A stretch of DNA of 59,712 bases, counting the filler, from Sphacelaria rigidula (Eukaryota), in the NCBI GenBank assembly GCA_964200075.2. It is 5 parts of 5 records of this genome, joined end to end, with 100 filler letters (N's around TTAATTAATTAA, not from the genome) between each part and the next. Parts side by side here need not be neighbours in the genome. Positions count along the whole stretch, not along the records: positions 11,965 to 23,827 come from CAXNAA020004406.1; 4 more parts are not named here. One strand, written 5' to 3'. The notes beneath the pieces were generated by a model. It was not told the origin of the DNA, did not search any database, and saw only the letters and a program-made list of their open reading frames with translations. The position numbers were made by a program, and so were the translations under genes. Positions 11,965 to 22,900 of the stretch are shown here, piece after piece (the first letter of the stretch is position 1; every line of letters begins with the position of its first letter).

Positions 11965-14614
11965 TCAGCATGGACGTCCAGGCGTGCTCAGGCGTGGCAC
12001 GAGGCGCAAGATTTGGTGGCGCATGCCGTCGCTTTGTCATATCCCAAGCAGGGGTATGAGGTTCTCATGTTTCCAGACGCATCGGACCTACACTGGGGCA
12101 GCTATATCACGCAGGTGCCCGAGGATGAGCTGGGTGGTATATTGACGGTGGAAGACATGAGCCATGAGCTGATGGGATTTCTCAGCGGAACGTTTCGTGG
12201 AGCGCGGGTTCGGTGGGCTACGGTGGACAAGGAAGGCTATGCAATCGTAAGTACTTTCCGTAGGTTGGAATATCTTCTCTGGGGTGGGGTACATACCTTT
12301 ACCGATCATCGTAACCTCGCATATATTTTTAACCCCGAGGCGTGCGTTGCATCCGTCTCTAAGACTGCTGCCCAGAGGCTCAAGCAATGGAAGGCTGTGC
12401 TCGGGCAGTATGATTACTCCATCAGGCACATTGCTGGTGAGCGCAACTGCTGGGGAGATTCATTGTCAAGGTGGGTAAACGTTCCGGCGGTGTCTGTACG
12501 TGCTGCGGCCGTGTTTGCGAGCGGTCAACCTGATGAAACGCTGCCGTCGAAGGACGCTATTCGTGAGGCCGAAGAGCAGGCTCAAGCCGGGTTTGGAGTG
12601 GTGGATGGTGGAGCCCCTACCTGTGCAGCAGCTGTTTGGCGAGTTTCAAAAGACGGTGGGGGTTTGTTTCGCGTGCATGTAGCACGGCGGAGTGTGTTGT
12701 GGATCCCGCCGCAAACAAAAGAGCTGCGAACACGCTTGATGGTGTGTGCTCACATGAAGGAGGCGGGTCATCGGGGTGTTATGGTGACACTGCAGCGGCT
12801 GCAAGAGTATTGCTGTTGGTTTCAGATGGACGCTCACGTGACGGATTTTGTGAGGAAATGCTTGCATTGTGTGGACTCGAAGGCGGGTGAGATGGTCCCG
12901 CGGCCACTAGGGGAGACAGTGCATGGCACACGGCCCGGTGAGGTGATACATTTTGATCATCTATACGTTGGCGAAAGTGGCCCGCTGGGCGAGAGCGGCC
13001 TGGATGAAGGCGACAGGTACAAGTACATATTTTTAATGATGGATGATCTGTGCAATTTTGCGTGGTTGGAGCCCACCGAGTCTTGTACAGCTGCAGCAGC
13101 TGTGCAGCATCTGCTGGCGTGGTGCAAGGCGTTGGGCCCGCCGGAGGTCTGGGTTAGTGACACCGCATCGCACTTTAAGAACCATGTGATGCGAGCATTG
13201 GAGAAGGCGCTGAAGCTGGACAGGAGGTTCGCGGTTCCAAACTCGCCGTGGTCAAATGGTACGTGTGAAAGGATGATGCGCGAGGTTGTCCGCACTTTGA
13301 AGGCCATGCTGCAAGAAGAGAGGCGCGACGTTCGTGACTGGGTGGGACTGGTGCCTGCCGTCCAGTGGGCATTGAACACGGCATTCCGCGAGCGCTACGC
13401 CAGTACGCCATACCATGTGATGTTTGGACTGTTTTTCAACCCTGGCATCGTCGACAGGCGGCGAGTGGCGACTTGATGTGCTGGATGAGTACATGCTGCG
13501 GGAGAAGGTGGCGTCAGTCGTGGAGGAGCAGCAAGCGTTGCACAAGGAGGTGGCGCAGCGTGTTGAGAAGACCCGTGAACTGCAACGACGTGTCGCTAGT
13601 AAGAGACAGTTGCCAAATTTCATGGTGGGTGACGATGTGTTGGCTGCGAGGGTTAGGCGCTCAGGTACAACGCCAAAACTCGTAAGTACGTGGACAGGAC
13701 CGTGGAGGATCGTGGCAGCGGAGCATCAGCATGTGTACGAGATTCAGAATATCGTAAACGGAGAGGTGAAGGACGCGCATGCCTCCCGTCTACGGTACTA
13801 CGCGGACAAGCAGCTGGCGGTCACTGCGGATCTAAAAGAAGTGTTCCAGTATACGTTTGCGCAAGGAGAATTCGAGATGGAGGCGGTCGTTGACTTGTCC
13901 GAGGCCCAAGACGGTGATGGGTTCGTTTTACACGTGGAATGGGTAGGTTTCGGCAAGGATGAGAGCTCGTGGGAGCCTCTGGAAACCATTTTGGAAGGAG
14001 CCCCGCAGTTCGCACGTTCTGAATTGCGTAGGTTGCGACTAACAAAGCAAGTACGGGCCCGTTTGCTGGCTAAGTATGGGCTCAAGCCCTGATTGATTGG
14101 GTTACCAGCAGTGATTGGTTGTTGGCGTAGTTCATGATTCTACTATGCCATTTGGCGTACGTTGAGTATACCGCTTGGTCATTGTTTGCCTAACATGTTG
14201 GGTAGTTCGTGCTGGTGTGTTATGATTATACTGGGGGGGCCATCGTGATTTGACCTGATGTGGTCTGATGATGCTTGTCTCTTCTTGACATCGTAGGGTA
14301 CTGTCGGTGTCTACTGTTTTGTCAAATTCGGTTCCTACTTCAAGTAGTGCGAGGGTTTGGAGGGTGCTGTAGAGAAGTTCACCTACAGTATCCATCATGT
14401 AGATATGCGGTGGATCCTGGATTGATTGTTTGGAGGATGACTTTTGGATGCGTAACATATCGTGTTCGTGAGGAAGCTCGTAAAGCGTACTTCTGGTTAA
14501 CGAAGACTACCGTTTGTATAACTGCTTGAAGTCTTGAAGTCTCTGGAGCCCGTGACTGGGAGGAAGCCTCTGGAGCAGCACTGTAACCTTGTCCTGATTG
14601 CAGGCAGGTTCACA
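11965..14614 (+). mobile_element. Ty3/Gypsy LTR retrotransposon with chromodomain, 3' half (RNase H-integrase-chromo, PPT, 3' LTR)
   Basis: ORF 12013-13476: RNase H (MFPDASDLHWG, VDKEGYAIV, TDHRNL, GDSLSR), integrase HHCC (CAHMKEAGHRG...CLHC) and D-D-E (HFDHLY, VSDTASHF, NGTCERMMR). After a frameshift at ~13425, ORF 13424-14092 has the GPY/F motif (WTGPWRIV) and a chromodomain (FEMEAVVDL...VEWVGFGKDESSWEPLETI). G-rich PPT at ~14233-14240. 5' part cut by the contig edge. Confidence 0.93.
14244..14614 (+). repeat. Putative 3' LTR of the chromo-Gypsy element (~370 bp)
   Basis: Starts just after the PPT (cgtgatttgacctg, CG instead of TG) and ends caggcaggttcaca (imperfect terminal inverted repeat, CA end), exactly where homology to the 5.36-kb repeat begins. 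Confidence 0.65.
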
Positions 14615-15042
14615 GCACGCGTATTTTCCGCCCTCATGTTCTTTTTGAACCGTGCTCCGATCTGATCGAGCTTTTGTTTCGTCATTGTCGCCTGCATTGT
14701 ATCACCTTCGCCTGACCTACACCTGCTCACCCATAACATCACCGCTGTACCTAACCAGCAATGATCGTGTTCCAGGCATTCTCCATGTCATTTCGGTATT
14801 TTTGTTGCATATTGAATTGGGACTATCAACCCACCATGATCAGTATGTACTTTGTTTCCGGGGTTGCATTTTTACTGTGATCATGGGGATTTGTGGAATG
14901 CACATGCAGTAAAGCTTCTATTTCATTTCGATCTTGTTTGCTTTTCTTTCATCTTACATACTCATATTGTCTGCATCTCCGGGTGTCGTGTCTACCCTAA
15001 CTGTCTTTTGAGCCCCTCGATTGTATTTTGAGTGCTTTGTAA

Positions 15043-15282
15043 TTTTGCGCCGCCGTCGTCTTGCTCTTTTGAGCTGCACTATTTTTCATTTCATGTTCTG
15101 GAATTTTGTCTTTTATTTTGATTGTCTTATCATTTGCGCCGCCGTCGTCTTGCTCTTTCGAGCTGCACTATTTTTCATTTCATGTTCTGGAAATTTTGTA
15201 TTTTATTTTGATTGTCTCATCATTTGCGCCGCCGTCGCCTTGCTCTGTAGAGCTGCACTATTTTTCATTTCATGTTCTGGTA
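15043..15282. repeat. ~89-bp minisatellite (3 units here, 2 units in the second copy at ~20450-20595)
   Basis: Unit tttgcgccgccgtcgtcttgctct..gagctgcactatttttcatttcatgttctgg... recurs at ~15044, ~15133, ~15223 and at ~20451, ~20538. Confidence 0.9.
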
Positions 15283-16989
15283 ATGTTTTTCTTTGACCGT
15301 GCGGGTGTAGGATATCCGCAGCGCCTTGTCTGTTGCTCTGCCTGTACTTATCATGCTCGAGCAGGATGCCGCTTGCAGCCGTTTCATCTACCTGGTTCGC
15401 AAGGCCGAAACGCCGAATTTACTGCCCGGCACATGACATTCCGATCTGCATCACGTGGTATAAAACCGAGCCATATTTTCACGGACTCTCAGACTTTCAA
15501 CGTATACTAACCATGCCCTCTATTACTTCCGCCCTTGTTTCACCTACACTCTTGTCCTGGGTGTGTCGCATCCCGATGAGGGAACCGGCGCTAAACGCCA
15601 TTGCGTTGGGGAGGACACGCAGGAAACGCTGAACGGTTTGCCAATGACGGTATGTTCCGGCGTGGAGTGTCTGCAATTGGGTTTGGTTTAGCTAATCCCG
15701 GGTACCTTTTTATAGCATTCTGTTAGCAGGGTTATTACCTTGGTGCCACTAAACAGGATCCCCATTTCATCCCACACTGGTAATCGATTGTATGGTTTGC
15801 TATTCACCAGGTTGACTTCTTGACGCACCCTGTACCGTAGTTGGATACTACCTTGTTCCTTCGCGGTACCGTAGTTGTATACTACATTGTTCAGTTGCTT
15901 CAAACTTGGTTTTCGATATCATGCTGCCACTCATCTGCCCGTGCATTGCCTTTTCATTACTTATTCAGTACGCAGACGTACGTAGTTCCCTATTTTGCCT
16001 TTCTGCCCTTCATGCCCTGCGTACCATGCAAGTTGACTGCGCGACTATATATCTTGTCTTTGACGGTTCTCACAGGCCCTACATATAGTTTTTAGACAAT
16101 TATTTCGCTCATGTGGTAGCTGAACCCCCTTGGGGGGGGGGCGAAGTACGAGTTCCTACTGTCTTGATGGTCGCTGTACAGCGTGCACACCCTTTGCCAC
16201 AAAACAACGCGGCCTCCTACCATAAAAACACCGCATGATCAGAGAATAAATTCACAAGCTTCTTTACCGAGGTGTTGCTCACCCAACTTTCCCCGGCAAC
16301 GTTTGTCGACTACACGACTTTATACCACAATGCGGTCTCCTCATAATGGCTTAGCTACGATATGGCACACGAACTTGGGACCCGCCTAACAACCATCAAT
16401 GTACAGCTCATGCATATGAGGTCATCTTTCTTGTCATTTCTGTGCTTTGTCTCTGTGTATTTAGTACATCGTATCTCATTATTATATTTTATTCAGCATG
16501 CCTTGTTATTTTATTTTCTCCACGATTATGTATACAGTTTTACAGGAATCGAAGAATTGGGGGCACGGCTGCTGAAATATTCACGGCACTGTACAAATCT
16601 TGGCCTCAGAGATAGAGAGAGTTTGTTTCACCCACATTCTTGGGCGATAGCACCCTACCCGACGACTCGACGCCATGCTACCGTCTGACACGTTTCCCTT
16701 CGAGCTCTGGACTGGCCGTGAGCATTACACACGTACTACAGCTGTATCAAAAGTAAAAAGTCCCTTCCATTTCCGTCCACCTCATCTAGAGCAGTCTATA
16801 GCTGAAGTGTTTGCGTCCCACATTGGAGAGATCGAACTAGAGAATGACACCCACATTCCACCTGACCCCTGAATTTGCCACCGTGTTGGATTGCATTGCC
16901 TGAATTTGCCACCGTGTTGGATTTTCGAGAACTCTACGTTGTTTCAGGCACTGACGGGTGGGGAAAGGGGGAAGACTTCAAGGGGCGGG

Positions 16990-17360
16990 AGGGCATACTC
17001 ATTTGTTTCGAGCATCCAAGTAATTTCCTCAGCTGCTTTCATCTGTACTGTTCCCAACTTCTTCACCAACTTCATTGCACCCAAGTATTTTCTTAGCTGC
17101 TGCCATCCGTACTGTTTCCAATTTCTTCATGAACTTAACCCCTTGCTTTGCTGTGTCTAATGCCAATATCAGGTCATCAATGAATACCTCGAGTAGAATG
17201 GGTGATAACGTACATCCTGGGGCAACTCCTTGCAAAATATAAAAATATTTCGATATTTCCCCGCCTAGCATCATCGCACTTTTGGCACATTTCTGTCATC
17301 TTTACCATCGTCCACACCTTTCGTTTGACCCCAGTTTCCTATAAATTTCCCACAACCCAT
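16990..17360 (-). mobile_element. Degenerate non-LTR (LINE) reverse transcriptase fragment inside the tandem unit (second copy ~22345-22710)
   Basis: ORF 17029-17274(-) reads ILQGVAPGCTLSPILLEVFIDDL (RT QGxxLSP motif) fused directly to KKLETVRMAAAKKILGC (post-RT region), with the YADD segment deleted. Confidence 0.75.
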
Positions 17361-18346
17361 TGCTTCATACTGCGTCATGAGCCTTTTGCACCTTCATCAC
17401 CCCCACAGTTTCTTCTACCCTGCCATCGTACTCGGAGCACCCCGCTCCCCCACGTAGTGATGCCTTAAAGCTTTTGCTCATAGGTGCTACCTCCTGGAAA
17501 GGCTATAGCAGTGCCCAGCTGAAGCGCCAAGTGTATGATTATGGGAATCGCTTCGGCGAGTACGATAGGAAGATGGAGACTGGAAAGAGCTATCTCGCCG
17601 GGAACTCGAGCGCCCTAAGCTGGAACGGAGGAGCCAAGGATAGACTGCAGTCATCGATGTTTACGAGTAGCTGTTGTGTGATGTGGTATATGATATCATC
17701 GCGAGAGGAATGCGGTGATGGAATAAGTGAAAAAGTAGCTCTATATCGCTGGTACCGTACGTTTCAGTCATGAATTTCGGGTGTTCCTGTATTTTTCCTT
17801 TTTGTCGCTTTGTTAGATATTGCTCCCCATTTGGTAACATACGGGTACATGTGTGAGCCAAGGAGCGTGGGCTCTAGTTCCAGTAGAATAGGCGTCAGTA
17901 GTTACAGAAGAGCACCCCTCAAAAGCTGCACTCCTGTAACTATTGATCAGTTCGTGGAAAGGTTGTTTTTGGCGAGGTTCAAGCCCCGCACTACCCCAGA
18001 ATCCAGTCTAACTGATCCGGGGTGTCGACGCGCGATCAAGCTAACTAGCCGATCGTTCTCCAGTCTAACTGAGATCCCGGGAAAACGACAGCGATCGTAC
18101 TAGTCTGCTGTTTCTGTCGTTGGAAAGGGCGTTATAGATTTTTTACCTTTCCTAACGGATGGAGGTTTCCCCTGCTTATCAGGGTTTACCTATTCATTAG
18201 ATCTGCAACGAGTTTTCCCCTGTACTGTAATTCAGCAGGTTTTTCTCGTTTTATCTTCAGGCGTTGATGCACAGGCTTCGTTCTTTTTTCGGCCCCTCCA
18301 GCCCATAAATCCTTTTTGTTTAGCCTTATCTATAAGGCTGGGGGCA

Positions 18347-18750
18347 TGTCATGGATTTATTGGTCATTTTCCAGTCGACTAGGCTTCATGTGTCATACTT
18401 TTGTAATGCTTTGTGTCAGATTATCTACCCATGTTCTCACAGAGCTTTTAGGATTGATCCCAGCACGTACAGCAGCCTGTCGCCGATAATACAAGAAGCA
18501 TTTACGCCATCCATGGATTGCGATATCAGAGGTGTCGCTGGTCTTCGTCTAAAGCAAGCCTGACTTGCCTGCAGCTGGTGTTGCCCCGAGCATGCGCTGC
18601 AGGTGGAGAGTTACTTTGAACCATCTTGCATGCATAATCATCATCGAACTCGGTCGGATCCTGGTGCTTCCATGTCTTTTGAGATGACTACTCGGGTGCC
18701 CACGAACTGGCCCCCTTCACCTCTAGACATCCACCACGTGATTTGTGACA
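18347..18750 (+). repeat. Shared LTR (~404 bp) of the tandem element; second LTR starts at 23703 and is truncated by the contig end
   Basis: TGTCA...TGACA termini, PPT immediately upstream, PBS immediately downstream; 18347-18471 matches 23703-23827. Confidence 0.7.
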
Positions 18751-18786
18751 TGGTGACCAATCCGAGAATCGAACTCGGGTTTCCAC
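18751..18786 (-). other. Retrocopied 3' half of a mature tRNA (CCA encoded) forming an extended primer-binding site; not a tRNA gene
   Basis: Reverse complement = GTGG AAAC CCGAG TTCGATT CTCGG ATTGGTC A CCA: perfect 5-bp T-stem with 7-nt TTCGA loop, 7-nt acceptor strand, discriminator A and CCA. Confidence 0.8.
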
Positions 18787-19419
18787 ACGTGATTTGTGAC
18801 ATGGTGCCCAGCCCGTAAGTTACTTGCGTGCCGATGGTGTCACCCCCGGCGACGTCCCACCAAAGACAACCAAAATATTGTTTTGGGGGGGGGGGTGTTA
18901 TCGCGTCATGGGTTTGATCTGCACTGCAACATCAATGTGCGATGTATCCTGCTTCGGCTCTTGCACTCGTTCGCTCTGTCGTCTACTTACCATACGTACG
19001 TTGAGCATGAGAAGTTGAGCATAGGCTATGTAGTTTGTTCTTGTCCCGTTGTACCCTTTGTTCCTCCCTGGGTTTGCCTCGTGGGTGCCCTGTGCTCCGT
19101 CTTTCCGCCCGCTGCATAATTATACCGTACTCATGCACAAACAGATCATCAGGTGATCAGAACCAGCTTCTCAACAGTGTCGCGCCCTGCAATATGACGG
19201 AGGTAACCAGACGTTCAAAGCACAATGACCTGAGCCGATATATAATTGAATGAAAGGCAACTACGGTCGGTACGAGAATATGTACGAGCATCTGTACGAG
19301 CATCATCAGGAGGTGCTACAATTTTTCATCCCGGCGGACTCGTCATTTTACTTCGGGCTGCATGATGGAGACGGCTAGTCTTCAGGGCTTCTGGGGGCTG
19401 CTGGTACACATGGCCGTGG

Positions 19420-19780
19420 TGTCTATCCATGCTGCTGTGGTGTCTTCGCCACACGGCTGTGTTGTTGTTCTGTGCTGTTGCTCGTCGCTGCCGCGCTGCT
19501 GCTGTGTGTTGCTGCTGCCCGCCGCACGGCTTTGCTGTTGTTTTGTGCTGTTGCTTGCGCTGCCGAACCGCCGTTGTGCCGCTGTTTGTTGAAGCCGTGC
19601 CGGTGTTGCGTTGCCCTTATTGCGGTGCTGCTGCTGCTCGACGCACTGGTGTGCTGTTGCTGCCTGCCGTTGTTGTGTTTCCTTCGTGCGGCTGTGTCGT
19701 CGTTACTGTTGCTGCTTTACCGCTGCCTTTGTTGTTGTTGTTGTTGTTGTTGTTGTTACTGTTGTTGTTGTTGTTGTTGT

Positions 19781-19824
<44 letters not shown>

Positions 19825-19935
19825 GCTGCTGCTGCTGCTATGTTGTTGTTGTTGCTGCTGCAGCTGCTGCTGCTGCTGCGGCTGCTGCTGCTGTTTCCAC
19901 CGTGCCTCCCACTGCCCTGATTTGCTGTTGTCCCG
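19420..19935. repeat. Compound (GTT)n/(GCT)n trinucleotide low-complexity tract
   Basis: Long gttgtt and gctgct runs, purest at ~19730-19892. Confidence 0.95.
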
Positions 19936-22900
19936 CTTGTTGTGTTGCTATTTTTGCCTCTACCACCTACTGTCGGCTGTACTTTTCTCGAATGCTATCG
20001 CATCGCATGTTGTCATGTGCACGCGTATTTTCCGCCCACATGTTCTTTTTGAACCGTGCTTCGATCTGATCGAGCTTTTGTTTCGTCATTGTCGCCTGTA
20101 TTGTATCACCTTCGTCTGACCTACACCTGTTCACCCATAACATCACCGCTATACCTAACCAGTAATGATCATGTTCCAGGTATTCTTCATGTCATTTCGG
20201 TATTTTTGTTGCATATTGAATTGGGACAATCAACCCACCATGATCAGTATGTACACTGAATTCCAGGGTAGGTTGCATTTTTACTGTGATCATGGGGATT
20301 GGTGGAATGCACATGCAGTAAAGCTTCCATTTCATTTCGATCTTGTCTGCTTTTCTTTCATCTTACATACTCATATTGTCTGCATCTACGGGTGTCGTGT
20401 CTACCCTAACTGTCTTTTGCCCCTCGATTGTATTTTTAGTGCTTTGTAATTTTGCGCCGCCGTCGTCTTGCTCTCTCGAGCTGCACTATTTTTCATTTCA
20501 TGTTCTGGATTTTTTTTTTTTTTTCATTGTCTCATTATTTGCGCCGCCGTCGTCTTGCTCTGTAGAGCTGCACTATTTTTCATTTCATGTTCTGGTAATT
20601 TTTTGTATTGTGTTTGGCGCTCGTGATGTTTTTCTTTGACCGTGCGGGTGCAGGATATCCGCAGGGCCTTGTCTGTTACTCTGCCTGTACTTATCATGCT
20701 CGAGCAGGATTCCGCTTGCAGTCGTTTCATCTACTTGGTTCGCAAGGCCGAAACGCCGAATTTACCGCCCGGCACATGACATTCCGATCTGCGTCACGTG
20801 GTATAAAACCGAGCCATATTTTCACGGACTCTCAGACTTTCAACGTATACTAACCATGCCCTCTATTACTTCCGCCCTTGTTTCACCTACACTCTTGTCC
20901 TGGGTGTGTCGCATCCCGATGGGGGAACCGGCGCTAAACGCCATTGCGTTGGGGAGGACACGCAGGAAGCGCTGAACGGTTTGCCAATGACGGTATGTTC
21001 CGGCGTGGAGTGTCTGCAATTGGGTTTGATTTAGCCAATCCCGGGTACTTTTTTTTAGCATTCTGGTAGCAGGGTTATTACCTTGGTGCCACTAAACAGG
21101 ATCCCCATTTAATCCCACACTGGTAATCGATTGTATGGTTTGCTATTCACCAGGTTGACTTCTTGACGCACCCTGTACCATAGTTGGATACTACCTTGTT
21201 CCTTCGCGGTACCGTAGTTGGATACTACATTGTTCAGTTGCTTCAAACTTGGTTTTCGATATCATGCTGCCACTCATCTTCCCGTGCATTGCCTTGTCAT
21301 TACTTATTCAGTACGTAGACGTACGTAGTTTCCTATTTTACCTTTCTGCCCTTCATGCCCAGCGTACCATGCAAGTTGACTTCGCGACTATATATCTTGT
21401 CTTTGACGGTTCTCACAGGCCCTACATATATTTTTTAGACATTTATTTCGCTGATGTGGTAGCTGAATCCCCTTGGGGGAGGGGGCGAAGTACGAGTTCC
21501 TACTGTCTTGATGGTCGCTGTACAGCGTGCATACCCTTTGCCACAAAACAACCCGGCCTCCTACCATAAAAACACCGCATGATCAGAGAAGAAATTTACA
21601 AGCTTCTTGACCGAGGTGTTGCTCACCCAACTTTCCCCGGCAACGTTTGTCGACTACACGATTTTATACCACAATGCGGTCTCCTCATAATGGCTTAGCT
21701 AGGATTTGGCACACGAACTTGGGACCCGCCTAACAACTATCAATGTACAGCTCATGCATATGAGGTCATCTTTCTTGTCATTTCTGTGCTTTGTCTCTGT
21801 GTATTTAGTACATCGTATTTCATTATTATATTTTATTCAGCATGCCTTGCTTATTTTATTTTCTCCATGATTATGTCTACAGTTTTACAGGATTCGAAGA
21901 ATTGGGGGCACGGCTGCTGAAATATTCACGGCACTGTACAAATCTTGGCCTCAGAGATAGAGAGAGTTTGCTTCACGCACACTCGTGGGCAATAGCACCC
22001 CACCCAACGACCCGACGACCCGACGCCATGCTACCGTCTGACACGTTTCCCTTCGAGCTCTGGACTGGCCGTGAGCATTACACACGTACTACAGCTGTCT
22101 CAAAAGTAAAAAGTCCCTTCCATATCCGCCCACCCCATCTAGAACAGTCCATAGCTGAAGTGTTTGCGTCCCACATGGGGGGGATCGAACTAAAGAATGA
22201 CACCCACATTCCACCTGACCCCTGAATTTGCCACCGTGTTTGGATTGCATTGCCTGAATATGTCACCGTGTTGTATTGTCGAGAACTCTCCGTTGTTTCA
22301 AGCACTGACGGGTGGAGAAAAGGGGAAGACTTCAAGGGGGGGAGGGCATACTCATTTGTTTCGAGCATCCAAGTAATTTCCTTAGCTTCTGTCATCTGTA
22401 CTGTTCCCAACTTCTTCACCAACTTCATTGCACCCAAGTATTTTCTTAGCTGTTGCCATCCGTACTGTTTCCTATTTCTTCATGAACTTCACCCCTTGCT
22501 TTGCTGTGTCTAATGCCAATATCAGGTCATCAATGAATACCTCGAGTAGAGTGGGTGATAACGTACATCCTGGGGCAACTCCTTGCAAAATATAAAAATA
22601 ATTCGATATTTCCCCGTCTAGCATCATCGCACTTTTGGCACATTTCTGTCATCTTTACCATCGTCCACACCTTTCGTTTGACCCCAGTTTCCTATAAATT
22701 TCCCACAACCCATTGCTTCACACTGCGTCATGAGCCTTTTGCACCTTCATCACCCCCACAGTTTCTTCTACCCTGCCATCGTACTCGGAGCACCCCGCTC
22801 CCCCACGTAGTGATGCCTTAAAGCTTTTGCTCATATAGGTGCTACCTCCTGGAAAGGCTATAGCAGTGCCCAGCTGAAGCGCCAAGTGTATGATCATGGG

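Noticed and set aside
15300-16400. Gag remnants in the tandem LTR element (FHLPGSQGRNAEF..., CRLH...)
   Set aside because: Only vague resemblance; no motif strong enough to call without a profile search.
18347-18750. Hammerhead ribozyme in the LTR (retrozyme hypothesis)
   Set aside because: No CUGAnGA core with stem II and GAAA found by eye on either strand; ctgatgag at ~32339 also lacks the stem II/GAAA.
19362-20119. Poly-Leu/Val/Cys/Ala ORFs
   Set aside because: Translations of (GTT)n/(GCT)n microsatellites that are open in all frames.
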